Positions 37,712 through 51,540 of a DNA stretch of 64,000 nt are shown piece after piece. Positions within the stretch are counted from its first letter, which is position 1, and every line of letters begins with the position of its first letter. A program made the position numbers and the translations under genes. The notes under the pieces were generated by a model that saw nothing but the letters and a program-made list of their open reading frames with translations, made no database searches and had not been told where the DNA came from. The DNA is taken from contig OZ059898.1 of the NCBI GenBank assembly GCA_964057225.1, positions 13,640,001-13,704,000 on the forward strand, given 5' to 3'. The stretch is from Auanema rhodensis. Taxonomy: Eukaryota; Animalia; Nematoda.

Positions 37712-38289
37712 TGAATATAATAAAATATTTTTTATGTAACGAATGTCTATTAGTTTCTTTATTAAGTATTTTCAAAGATTTAAAGAAGAAATACAAGCAC
37801 AATCTATAAAAAGCTTTTCTAACGTAAAACAATATTTGTTTTTCTATGTGTGTTTCATGTCGCTTTCATGTATGGCTACAACATTTCATGTTAACTATAT
37901 TATAATTCGTTTTTGAAACTAAAAAAGAAACTTAAAAGGTATTTTCTAATCAGATGCATAATCTGTACTGGATCTTTGCCAATTTTCCTATGTATACATA
38001 TATATACATATCTTTTTCCCGATTTTAGAAAATATTACTTGTAAGAAATATTTTGCAGGTAATATATTCAAAAAAACTTTTTCTTTTTTTTTTAATAAAA
38101 TAAACTTTTAAATTATTTCTTTAAATTAATTAGAATATCATTTTAATTTTGAAAAGACGTGAAAGCGGTTGTATACTGTTAACTATACAAACTATTTTCT
38201 TAATTATTCTAATTATAATGAAATGAAAGAAGGTTAGAAATCTTTATTCATATAGATGTTACAAGATGAATATCATTGATTCTTCTTTC

Positions 38290-38640
38290 TTACCAACCGT
38301 TGGCATCCCAGCACTTCATGGTCTTGTTGAATTCTTTGACAGTCATACAACACCTAGAATGAAATCAAGTTGGAACTTGAATTCAAAACTTGAAGCCTTA
38401 CATGTAGTAGTTGTTGTTACAGTTGTGCATCTGAATATCAAGACATCTCTTATAACACTTGTCAGCACACATGGTTTCTCTCCAGCTGAAAAGCTCAAAG
38501 TAAGGTTAGCAACTTAGAAGATACAACGTTTGAGGGATGGAAGCTTCACAGTTGGATCCAGCAAGAGTTCCGTGACAGTAGTCAACGCAGGAAGCATAGG
38601 CAGCAGCAATGCAGACAGCAAGAACAATGAGGAGTTTCAT
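38290..38640 (-). CDS. Secreted 10-Cys peptide, copy C (86 aa)
   Basis: Same three-exon structure. ATG at 38640, TAA at 38290-38292. Coding differences from B are synonymous. Confidence 0.88.
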
Positions 38641-39092
38641 TCTGAAAGTTTTAATTTCAAGTTGGAAAGTTGAAAAGTTGGAAGCTGAAAAGGAGAAGGT
38701 TATGATGGATGTTGATGATGATCTGATGTTTAACTGTTAACTGCTTATATACATGATTGTAATTTTAATAAAAATTTTAATATATATTATACTATATAGA
38801 ATAAAATAAAAGTTTTATAATTTGGTTATAAAACTTTATTTTAAACTTTGATATCAAAAAGAATTTTATACAAACTTGTATCACTAAGTAGGCGTTAAAG
38901 AGCTCCCACTGTTTACAAGCCAGCATGAGATCTATTGAAAAACAAATTTCTTTTTTCTATTAAAAGTTCAAAAAAGATTAAAATTATGTATTTAAGCAGT
39001 TAAACATCAGATCATCATCATCATCCTGCATATCCTTCACCTTTTCAGCTTCCAACTTTTCAACTTTCCAACTTGAAATTAAAACTTTCAGA

Positions 39093-39443
39093 ATGAAACT
39101 CCTCATTGTTCTTGCTGTCTGCATTGCTGCTGCCTATGCTTCCTGCGTTGACTACTGTCACGGAACTCTTGCTGGATCCAACTGTGAAGCTTCCATCCCC
39201 CAAACGTTGTATCTTCTGAGTTTCTAACCTTACTTTGAGCTTTTCAGCTGGAGAGAAACCATGTGTGCTGACAAGTGTTATAAGAGATGTCTTGATATTC
39301 AGATGCACAACTGTAACAACAACTACTACATGTAAGGCTTCAAGTTTTGACTTCAAGTTCCAACTTGATTTCATTCTAGGTGTTGTATGACTGTCAAAGA
39401 ATTCAACAAGACCATGAAGTGCTGGGATGCCAACGGTTGGTAA
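39093..39443 (+). CDS. Secreted 10-Cys peptide, copy D (86 aa)
   Basis: Same three-exon structure. ATG at 39093, TAA at 39441-39443, followed by AATAAA. Confidence 0.88.
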
Positions 39444-40347
39444 GAAAGAAGAATCAATGATATTCATCTTGTAACATCTATATGAATAAAGATTTCTAAC
39501 CTTCTTTCATTTCATTATAATTAGAATAATTAAGAAAATAGTTTGTATAGTTAACAGTATACAACCAGTCATTTATATTGAATAAAACTTTTTATATTTA
39601 TCATCTATTTAACTTTATTTTTCTTTAATATACTTTTATATTTCTCTGTTACAACCCTACAGTAGTAGGCAGTCTTTACAACATTGTTTGAGTTTGGGCC
39701 TCTATATGTATTTGCAGTAGCAGTGACCTAGGTTATAACCGGCTTAACGTATGATTATATGAACAGTGAGGCTTTAATCTTAAAAAGTAAAGCTAGATCT
39801 CTAAGGACAAACATAAAATATGAATTTATTTATTTATTATCAAGAATATAATGTTATATCAGATTATTCAATGTATTATACTAAGAAATATACATAGATG
39901 ATAATGTGATTTCTATAAAATCCCTTTATCTTCTTAGATTCAAGGATATAAATAAAAATTAAAATTAAGATTCTACTTCGTGTCAAGATATTTGAATCTG
40001 GCGCCATATTGATGGATAGTAGTTGACATCGTTATTGAAATGATTGTTGTGATTAGCATACGAATAGAAAGGTAACATAAGGACAAAAGAGTTATAAAGA
40101 AAGAAATTTAGAAAAGTGATGGATAACATTCGTTCAAATGAATATTGATGTTAACGGTATCAACATTTGAATTGTTGTATTGTTAGATATTATTGTTTTC
40201 AATGAGTGATGTTCTGTATTCGATGAATCTAGTGAGCTATCATGGGAAAAGTTTAGATAACTCATGTTCTTCTTTCATGAGATATACATACCTATATGCC
40301 TGAAGTGTGAGGACTTATGGGAATATGGTACTCTTATGTTGATAAAT

Positions 40348-40350
<3 letters not shown>

Positions 40351-40402
<52 letters not shown>
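40351..40402. repeat. (GA)n microsatellite
   Basis: 26 perfect GA units. Confidence 0.95.
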
Positions 40403-40405
<3 letters not shown>

Positions 40406-43400
40406 GAACGTCTGAGTTTTACAGTAACCAAGGATAATATGCAGATAGCTGAGAACTAAAGAATGGAACAACCATAACTAACCTAAGATTTAGTTCTTAG
40501 TTCACTGCTCATAAATTTATAATTATATAGAATAACTTGATTATTTAGAACATATACATATAAAATTATTTTAATTATTTGACCCTTCAGATATTATTTC
40601 AAAAAAATTTTATATGAGGAAGAAAAGTTTCAAATATTCAGTTTAATATATCTTCTTGTAATATGATAGTTTTTGAATACAGGTGCTAATAGAAGACTGT
40701 ATTGTTGTAATTTTCTATGTTGAAGTGAATTGAAGAAGCTAGGTATAAGTTCTTTCATTTCTGTCACTTTTTCTGTTATATGATACTTCCTCAACCAGAT
40801 AGACACAGAAGAGAAGGCTATGAAATCCCTTCTGACCCTCACATCTTCTAGTTTCTCTTCGTCTTCAAATTCAGTATCTTCTTCTCTGTATTATTGTGAC
40901 ATTGACGTCAACAACATCTAGCCTTACCTATCATCCTCTCTAGTTAGTAATAAGTACTTGGAATAACCATATACGTATATAGTATAATAGAAATACAGTT
41001 ATAAATTGAATTACATGTGTTATTGACATGTCATGTTCAAACTATTTAGAAATCTGTATCCATCATCCGTCAATAACTATTCTATACAATATAGTTACCG
41101 TCAAGCTTTGCCGACATTATTACAAGGTTGTTTCTCATTGAAAATGAAGTCAAATGTAAATTATAATGATTACCTGTGCATGAATACGATTTCAATACTC
41201 TGACTAATAGAATACATGTGATGTATATACATATATATAAATAGTTAGTACATAGTTAGTTTAATAAACTATATATATATACATATATAGTTAGTTAGTT
41301 TAATTAAAATATATTAAATAATATATAAAATAATTTAATATATTATATATATAATATTATGAGCATATGTTTATTCTAGTAAACTATTATATTTCTTTTT
41401 CTTGAAAATGTAATAAATACATTTATCATATACATATGGATTAAAAAGAAAATGAGAGATGAAGAAGAAGACGAAGAACAGAAAAAAACGCAACCGATCT
41501 GCTCTGACGCAATATAAGAAATGGCTTTAATGCTTGATTGTCTAAAAAAAATTTCACGTGACCTTACCAACACGTAAATCAAATTAGAATAAAATATTGA
41601 GATAAATAATTTATATAAGATTTAGTTTAATGTTTATATAGTATAGTCTACATATATTATACAAGTTCGATTAATAGGTTCTATCCCTTCTTAACCTCAC
41701 ACCTGATGTGTCAACATTGCTCACATCATTAATAGAAAATTTATTATTATTTTTCATTCTGATTGACAATGATATTATCATTGTTAAAATTACAAAAACA
41801 AAGAAGAGAAACATCTATTTTCTAATAGTTTAATATTAATTTATACGCATATAGTATATACAATTTAATATTTTTCCCCTTGTGTTAATCTTCATAAATA
41901 ATAGTCACACCTCTACTTCATACCCTCATTTTCATCTCTTTTTTTCACATTTTATTTCTTTTTTTTTTAATATTTATATGTTCTTTTATGGTCATTGTAT
42001 GAGATAAGTTGAACATATGTAGTTATAGTGGTCAAGGTCTACTAATAACTACCTTGGCACCATGGTGGTCATCATGTTTAATGTGTAAGAAGCCTATCTT
42101 ATGCGATAATCTGATGTAATATCTTGTACCTAATGACGATAAAACAGATTCTCACTTATTCGAATTATATGAAAAAATTACACCTGTTGCTTATAATTAT
42201 CTAAAAAGGTAAGATATATATGTTATCTAACTATATGCATATTTATTCATTTTTCAATACAAATCTAGTTAATTATAAGGTATATTATATATAAATAGGT
42301 GTAGATAAACCTGTAATTTTATGAAAAAAAAGAAATAAAATCACAACTTATCTTATTTCATTTAATATACATATAGTTAAAAACTCATTCTAATACTATA
42401 CACATATACTATATCATATAATATAATTATAATTCATAAACTTGTTTCTTCTCATCATTCTTATAAATATATAATTTACATTTACTTTTAGATTAGTAAT
42501 ATTACAAATAATAAAAAGAAATATGGAAAAAAAAGTTTTTAAAAACAGAATTCTGTACATACGAAATGCATAAAAGACATTATCTTTGATTATAGAACAT
42601 CTGAATCCACTATATCACATCACAATTTTAACATATTGTTTGAACCAGATGAGAGCAGATGAATTATCGTCATCATACACATACATACACACACACAGAC
42701 ACTACTATCTGTCAGACAAAAATCCAGAATTTCAATGTTGGTGATGACGTCGATCAACATCAGCATTCAGCATCTTGTTCATTGTATTAGATGTTACTCT
42801 CATCAGTATTCTCTGCCATGATTGTCAGGAAAAAAAACTTTTTTTCTGTTCTTCTCTGTTCTATTTCATTCTGTGATATTCGTTGAAAACCATTTATAAT
42901 TTTTTGACAAACTCTTCAACATCTGTCTCTTAATCCAAGAAAATTAAAATTATCCATATTTCTAAATTGAATTTGATGTCTTTTGAGTTGTCATAATAAA
43001 ATATTCAATCTACACCACGTATGATCATCTTCATTTTCTTTTTTTTTTCTCAGATATTCTACCAAATCATTCATTAATTTAGAAATAATTCATATTTGAC
43101 TCTTCAATTAGAAATAACTTTTATATATTCTCATATTATAATCAATGGAAAATAATAAGAATTAGACCCTAAATTGTCTATAAATTCCAAAAAAACAGAG
43201 AAACAATAGATCATCATCGATATGACCTTGTGCTCAGAAAAGAGGGTAAAAGAGAAGAAAAGATCTATTGAGCTAGTATTGAGATATAGAAGACACTTAT
43301 TCTAATTATTTTATAAATTGCTTTTAAGTTTCTCTTTCTAAATCTTAAATATCTTCCTATAGCTAATTCATCATTTTCTATTTAATTTCTATTTCAAATA

Positions 43401-46400
43401 ATTGAAAATGAGAGTCAGTTGTTCAACTGTATGGTAATAGAAGGTCAAATTAAGTGAAATGATGCTCGGAATTTGAGACAAAAAACTGTTCGAAAATAGC
43501 GAAATGGGCTATTAAAAACCTCAAAAATACCATAGTGTTATTCAGAAAGAAAGAGAGAGAGAATGTATGTAAGAAGAAGAGATATATAGAGAGATGGACT
43601 AAGAGAGATTTGAGTGTGAGTGAGCAGAAGGGAAAAACAATACAAGTGTGAATCTTCTTTCGTATTATTATATTCCCAAGTAATATAAGAGCAATATCTT
43701 GTAGCTAAATTATGTGACCCGAGAATAAGAAAATGGCGACAATGGTGAAGAAAGAAGAAGAATGTCCTCTTCTATATTTCTTCGGCCTGTTCATTAATTT
43801 ATTAAAAGACGATACAAAATCTTAAAAGACAATAACCTCACCCCCTTGTGAGATAATTAGGGGTAGCAGGTGTAAGTGGAAGCTATACTATGTACTATAT
43901 ACTAGACTATATACTCTCTACATGTAAATATCTATCAATACATAGTACTATAAAGCATTCAATTTGAGATTTTCTATATCAAATCTAATACAATAGCTCT
44001 TCCGTCTATTTGTCGGAAACGACATAGCTTACCGAACTGTCTTTCTCATAACCTTGTTCATATAATTGGCACAGTAATTCAAAAATACTATTAGCCACGT
44101 ATTCCAGCATATGCTGTAAGAACAATACAATCTTCAAAATTGTTGCCAGCAGGTTCTTAAGCCAATGCTTTTTAAGATTTTCAAATGATAAGATTTTTCA
44201 TTTATTGAATGGTTCTATGTTGAAATATAATCATGATCATCATGTTAGACCATATGATGATCCATCGTATCATTGAAAACGATAAGCAAGAGCCGTATGA
44301 TTAATTGCTTATTCATACATCATTATATACAAATTATATTCACATAATATATAAAATATTCTAAAAAAATTCAAAGAAAATATGTAAAATCGTTGTCTTA
44401 CAATCCATTTATCTATTTTAAATTTTTTATTTATATACATATGTATAGGCATATTCACGGTCAGTTTTTGAGATCTAAAAGAATTTTTTTTGAATCAAAT
44501 AACCTTAAATACTTTCGTTTCAATTTAGAATGAAAGCAAAAACTTCAACATTTAACCATAAAAAGACAAATTTGTCTGTCAAAAAAAAAAGTTGTTAAGG
44601 TAATATATCAATTTGACACAATGTCATTGAAATTAGACCATGTATCTCCGGAAGTTTCTTTTTGTTGTCTTGATTTTCTTAGATCAAATCATCTGAAAGC
44701 CAATTTATAAGTCATGAGCTAATGAAGATGAGAGACTCTTCTCTCTTCAATTGCTTATAATTCATTGAAAATTCTTCTAAGATGTCGGTTAAATGACTGT
44801 CATCATCTGAGTTTTGAAATGCTTCCGCCATACACAACAAGTAATTATGTGAATTAAACAACGTGGAATAACTAATCTGTGCTACATCGGCAAGCTTTCA
44901 TGTATAGTTCGTGATGATATAGTATGAATACACTTATCATATCTTATATTTATATATATATTTCATTCACATATTCAACTCCAAATCATATAGTATTTAT
45001 AACGTTTTGATATTATATATGAAATTATATTTTTAATTTTTAATTATATTATATAAATATTTTTATTATTTTATAATAAAATATCATATAAGTTACTGTA
45101 TTATTAGGACAAGTTTCAATGAAAAGAGAGATTTGACAGAGTTTCTCAAATATTTCATTCTATTGTTATTATTCCAAACGGTAAGTCTTTGACACATTTG
45201 TAGTCAAAACGAATAAAAAAAAACAAATTGAATAGAGTATCTATCTATCCATATATCCATATACATATGTATATAGTTTGAATATAAATCAAATATTCTT
45301 ATATATTACTAAGACATACACGTATATTCAGATTTATTTCTAAATCATTATTTCTATTTTAGTTCAAGTTTATGTGTATCACTTATGCTGCATATGTTGG
45401 TACGTACCTACGTGAAGTTACACGCAGATTAACATTTCACGTGCCACGTGAAGTAAGACATTTTTGATTGTCAAGTAGATATTGAACGGTTGCACCTTTC
45501 TTCTTCCGTTCCTTTTAATTTCAATTCTACTATTAACTAGTATTCCCAGGCTCATTCAATTCTGTTTCCAATCGCTTTAGCCTCTTCCCTTCTGTGTTCT
45601 GTCGGTTTCTATCAATTTGCTCTTCCCTTTCCCTTCTATTTTCTCATTATACTATTGAAATGTATTCATCATTTTAGATTGTTCAGTAGTTATAGTAGTA
45701 ATAGAATAACAGACGACGATATGATTTCATGTATCAAACCTCAATGTTACTTCTTATTCTAATTCTTTTTTACCTTTCTATACCGCCAGTATCTGGCTGG
45801 AACCTTTCATCCTTCCGATTCTTTCCTGGCCTTCTGTGACCAGATGCCACAAACGGCATACAGCTATTCATCATAACCTTTCATTCTCACACAGAAACTC
45901 ATAGACGAATTCATCATCCTCTGCTCTCTTTCTCTCATTTCTTCATTCTCTCTCATATTGCCTCTCTCTCGATTCTATTATGATACTCTTGCTGCAGATT
46001 TTACTTGTAAGAACCCATCTTGTCATTCTGTTGCTCTCCCAAAGACTTACCGTGTAATGCTTCATAGTTATGTCATCACCTGACGTCATTTGTTCCTTCT
46101 GTCACTAGTGTACATTAGATGAATACTGTTCGTTGTAGAATGAATTTCAATTTCTTCCAGTTTTAAGCTTAAATCTTAAAGCCTAACCAAAACTAATATC
46201 TTAATGCTAATTCCGACAGCAAAAAAGTGCTAAGTAATGCGTCAATTTCCCATAAACAATCTCTAATAGTGTCTGAAAGTGAGAAAAAAAACTAAGAGAA
46301 ATACCAGAAATTCAGCCTCATGTTGTCATCAGACAGCTAACAATCATCAGACATCCAGATGAATTAAACACAAATGTTGTCTAGCACCTGAATGCATTTT

Positions 46401-48261
46401 ACTTCTTTTCTAATACCTTTTTTCAATTTCAAATGATTATTTTAATCATCAGATGACCTGATCGTTTGTTATTTCATATCCTTCTTCTTATAACATTCTC
46501 TTTCTTTCAACACACTTCCACTCCAACCTTCACAACCAAATCAAATAAAAATTTTTGTGCGAAAATGGCCGAATTCTGATTTGATACCTCATCTGCTCGT
46601 TAAAAAGATTCGTTTATCTTAACTGCAATCTACCGTTTTATTCACAAAATCTAATCCAGGCCAGTTTTCTAAACTTCTTCACACCTGTTGATCCATAAGA
46701 TGACTGTTAGGGAGATGTTACTCTAACCTCCTTTCCTTCTTCATCCTCTTAGTTCAGTGCCGAACAGCAGGAGGCGTGGCTTGAAGAGGATCATCAGAGG
46801 GGAGGAGGGTGTTGGCTGAACGGAGAAGAAGAAGAAGAAGAAAGAGGCAAAAGAAGGACCCTAGGCTGTGTTGATGTGCTGGTGAGGCCATCCCTCGAGT
46901 ACCGCCCTCCTCATCCATCGCTACTGATCTGATGAGGATGACGAAGGCGACAACAGCATGATCATCATGATTTGCGCAATCCGCCAACTTAAGACTCAAG
47001 ACGGAGCTATATGTCTGAATAATTTTAAATACTTTATGAATATTATAACAATTTCTCTGAGTATGAAACAGGAAAATTGTTCTACCTTCTTTAAAAATAT
47101 TTTTATTTCATTTTATTCATTTTTTTTTCATTTCAATTTTACATTCTTTCCAACGTTTTCCACTTAATTCTTCTACTTTTCTTCTAATTTTCGGTTGTTC
47201 TTATCGTCAATCCGCCATCTCTCTTAAGCTAAATTTCGTTTTTAGCAAATGCACTGATGCCGTGTTGTGATATCATGACAGACAAAAAATTCGTTTTTCA
47301 AAACAGTATTAATCGATCTTCTTCTTCTTCATCTTCTTTATCGGTCGGCTTACTTCTGTTATCTTTTGAATATTCGAGTAGAAAAAAAGTTTGAAAACGA
47401 TTAGGTTTGTTAGTAGCTGACCTTATACAGTTCATGATCAGCATACTTATTCGTTTCAGCATTCTGAGAGCATTTTTATGTTTTTTTTCACATATGTTTC
47501 TGAACTGTACTCTCAATTTCTCTTTAATTTCTCATCAAATTCTTTATTCACTCCAATAACTCGTTGACTTCTTTCTCTATTTAGAGGATAATGAGCTAAC
47601 GGTTGACTGACGCCAGCAAGTCGTCGTCATCGTTCAGACGGCCCATAGGCAGGAGTCAACGCACACATTGCTCTCTCCTAGAAACATCTCTAACATTCTC
47701 TCACTCTCTCTTATTATATGTTCTTTTTGATTTGTCTGTGTCACAGTCCTCTATATCTTCTTCTTCTTGCTTTTTACCGCTATGTGTGTTATGAAGGTCG
47801 TCTATTATCTAGATATTTGTTCCTTATTCTGATGTTCTAAACCATTGTTCTGCCAACCTTTCACCTACTCCCTTCTACCTTCTCATCATTTTGAATACAA
47901 AATGGATTAGAAATCCAAAACAACATATCCAATCTCTTTTCCTTTTCCATTTATATTTACGTGAACGTGAAGTAATTTTGTCATTCTTGCATACGATTCC
48001 TCCAATTTTTCGTTTTTCAATTTCCTTTGTTTCTTCTTTAGAATTACTTTCTTCATCAAAAAAATTTCACCTTTTCTTCACCACCTTCTGGAACACAGTT
48101 TTTCAATCAAAATACACAGGAAATCTTTTTTTGCCTGTTCTTACTCAGTACATGTTGCAACTCAAATCTCTGACTCATCTAACATATCTCTCCCAATTTC
48201 ATTTCGAAGAACTTTTCTATTTATAGTCATACGTATATACACATGTTGTTATATCCAAAAG

Positions 48262-48265
<4 letters not shown>

Positions 48266-48299
<34 letters not shown>
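48266..48299. repeat. (GA)n microsatellite
   Basis: About 17 AG units. Confidence 0.9.
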
Positions 48300-48308
<9 letters not shown>

Positions 48309-51300
48309 TGAGGGAACCATGTATTCATAACCATTATCGGTTTCAAAAAAGTTTTCTTTCAAATCCAGATGGTCTCTGCGAACTATCTCGGAGGTCTATT
48401 TTCTATGTTATATACAAGTATTTTTGCAAAACTTTTCTTTTGAACCCTGTTCGTGAATTCAAAATTGCATACATCTTTCTGAGAATTTGGCAGAAATTTT
48501 GTCCAGTTTTTTCTATAATTTTGCTCAAAAATGCTGACTTCTTAATACATTCTAGCGACGAAATACTCTTTCTCATACTTTCAAAACATTTTGTATATTT
48601 CATTCCATTTTATAATAATTGTTTTCAAATATATATTTCTTCTTCTCTTTCTTCTTGTTTATATTATATATAATAAGTATAACTAATTATAAGAGTTTAA
48701 CGTAAATGACCAGTTATCGTTTCATGTTGTTCGTTAGTTCCACTTCAATTAGTTATTTCAATATGGTCCATATTAGGCACGATCTGTCGTCTGATCGTTT
48801 GACATCTCTTCCATTGCTTCAGGACATCTTTTAGATGTTTGGAGTATCTTTCTCATTAGCTTTCCTTTGCACAACACTGTCAAAATGAGAAATAATGAGA
48901 GAGGCTAAGAGAGAAAGAGAGAGAGAAAGATCCAGAACACAACAGAAATGGCAACACAACCGATCATTGCATCTTCAAAAAATGAAATGAAAACTGTGAA
49001 TATACATATGTGAAACGTCATTTCTACAACGTGGTGACAAACTATAACCTTAAGAGAGAATACCTCTCTCTCTCTCTCATTCTCTCTCTTTATCTCTTTT
49101 TCTCTCTGTCTCTTTAATCCCTCCTATTCTCATTGCTCTCTGGCTTCCAACATAGGTTTTCTTGCATTCTCGCCAACATAGTCTCAATGAAAGTCCCAAA
49201 ACGTGTCTAATCTAATAATATCTTTGGTTACCCATTTACAAGATTTTGTTCATTTGACACATTCCAATTTGGTCAGCTTAATGTTTCACTTGGATGCTAA
49301 TAGTTAGTGTTTTTCCCAACTATGTCTTTAACAAAAAAACTTTTTTTGAGTAAAAGCATTAGTTGATAAGTTGGAAAAGATTTGAATCTAGTTTTACATG
49401 TTTTTCCTTTTTTTTTCAAAGTTTACACGAATATATCTTTAGGTTTATATATAACTATATACATATATTTCTTCAATATACTTCATATTCTATCAATTCA
49501 TTTATATGAAAATTTGAAAATGAAAGAGAGAAAGATGAATTCCTAAACACATTATTGAAAAGCAGTTTTTAAAAAGAATATAGTCGATGAAAGAGAGTAA
49601 ACGAGAAGAGAAAACTGATTGATTTCCATAAATAAATATATCTCGGTTCTTTCTATTCGTTGTCGTCTTATTCTTCTTCTGCTTCTTCTTCATGCTTCTC
49701 AGATCAGCTTACATCCTCCTCATCATACCAAAGCACTTCCGTAGCACTTCATCTACTATATATCCAATGATTCTTTATTACTCATCTCTGGTATGGGTAT
49801 TCCTATCTTTTCTTTCCTTCCATTACTCTCTTTCCCTCTTATTCTTCTTTTCCTCAATCTCTCTTACTCTCTATAATTCTAAAAATCTCCTGTTTTCTTG
49901 AAATGAAATTTTTTTCCTATATCTCACTACTACACAAAACTGAGAAATATGCAATGAACAAATATCCTATCGTACTAATTCACTTCAAAATTCATTCCAA
50001 CAACATTTTTTTTTTCATTTTTATCGTCTTGTTCCTATTCTTCCGATATTTTTGTGGCCACACTCACAGCCATAGGGTGTCCACTTGGCCATAAATTTCG
50101 AAGCGGCCATCATCCGTTCTCAATTTTGTACACTTTGGATATTTGGCTTCTTCTGATTATCTAAGAATTTTCGTGTATGTATTAGCTATTACCTCAATCT
50201 TTTCGTCTTTCTTTCAGCATTTTCATTATTGCCAATTCTGATTTTCTAATTTGAAATTAAATTTTTGATCAATATTTCTTTATTAATATTTAGAAATAAT
50301 TTTATATAATGTCATTCAAACTTGAATATTTCATTTGGCTGACTATGCTGAATTTCCTCTCTTGTTTAATCCCAGCTTATCAGCCCGAATAGCCTTGCCT
50401 TCAACGGTTCCTCACCCAAAAGGCTCAACTTAATCCTTATAGCATGAACATTCCCTAATTGAAATTCTTTTATGTAAAAATCAAGTTGCTTTCTCCAAAT
50501 ATATTCTAATATTTATTTTCTATACGACAAGGTTTTGTGAAAAAAGTTTTGAAGTTGCAATCTGACCAACATTCTGTCTCATTTTTCAATTGCTCTAAAA
50601 GGCTTCGACCATGTGCGTCCAGGAAATGGGACGAAAGAAGAGAAGCCATAACAGGCCTCCAAAAGCCTTTAGACTTCCAGTGTCTAATGCATAGCTGGCA
50701 GAGGGTAAAGAGATGCAGCTCCGGACTTTCCACCCTTCATGCCCTGAGGCAATCGAGCGGTTTCTCAATTAACATGACTAGTACGGCTCTACGAGCACTG
50801 TCATCCATCACATAACTTCTCTTCAACACTCAATATATATATTCATATATGAGCATAAATTGAAGAGTAAGAGAGTTTTACCATAAAGCCAATGAAAGAG
50901 AAGGATTAAAAAAAATTAAGAGAGAGGAACAGAGAGAAACAGAGAAAAAGGTAAAAAAGGGTATTTAAGAAAATTTTGCATTCACTTTCCTTTTAAGTTA
51001 TTCTCATATGCTGCTCCTTCTCTCATCCGTACTCCTCTTAACCTAACACGTGGGTGCCTGAGATATAACACATATCTAGGATAGTACTCAGAGAAGCAGA
51101 GAAACTGGGCTTGGGCTGAGAGAGATAGGCGGGAATAAGTGACACAGAAGCGGTCTGGGTGGGCAATTATTTTTCCCTCCAATCTCCTAGATACTAGTGT
51201 GTTGATGATGATATGTGGTGAAGTGAGTTCATACCAAATATCGTCGTATCAGACATTTATTTCTTTTTTTTCATCAACAAACTAATAGTTAAGCTGATAT

Positions 51301-51540
51301 TTAGTCTTTCATCTTTTTTATTTTCTCTTTCTCTTCTCTTTTTTTTAATTTTTTACACCATGATTTGATATATCTTGTTGGCTTTTTTTTATATCTCAAT
51401 CTTTCTTCTTCACATGCTTAAGAATCGTTAGTTAGTTAGTTCCAACAATTGAAACTATTTGATTTCAGAAAGATTAATGTTTAACTAATTATAATTATAA
51501 AAAGAATAATAACTATAATCTATTAAACATCAACAACATC

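Larger units (their letters stand above)
38130..39567. repeat. Segmental duplication unit 2 (internally an inverted repeat)
   Basis: Direct near-identical copy of 31980-33418. Similarity stops at ...ATACAACC near 39567. Confidence 0.95.

Noticed and set aside
46929-46950. CTGATGAG suggesting a hammerhead ribozyme core (also ~6028 and ~56781)
   Set aside because: There is no stem II followed by GAAA and no compatible stems I or III.
39570-51500. tRNA, rRNA or snRNA genes or further conserved CDS in the long intergenic stretch
   Set aside because: I found no A/B-box tRNA pattern, rRNA similarity or chain of in-frame exons by eye. Small ncRNAs cannot be excluded without a covariance-model search.
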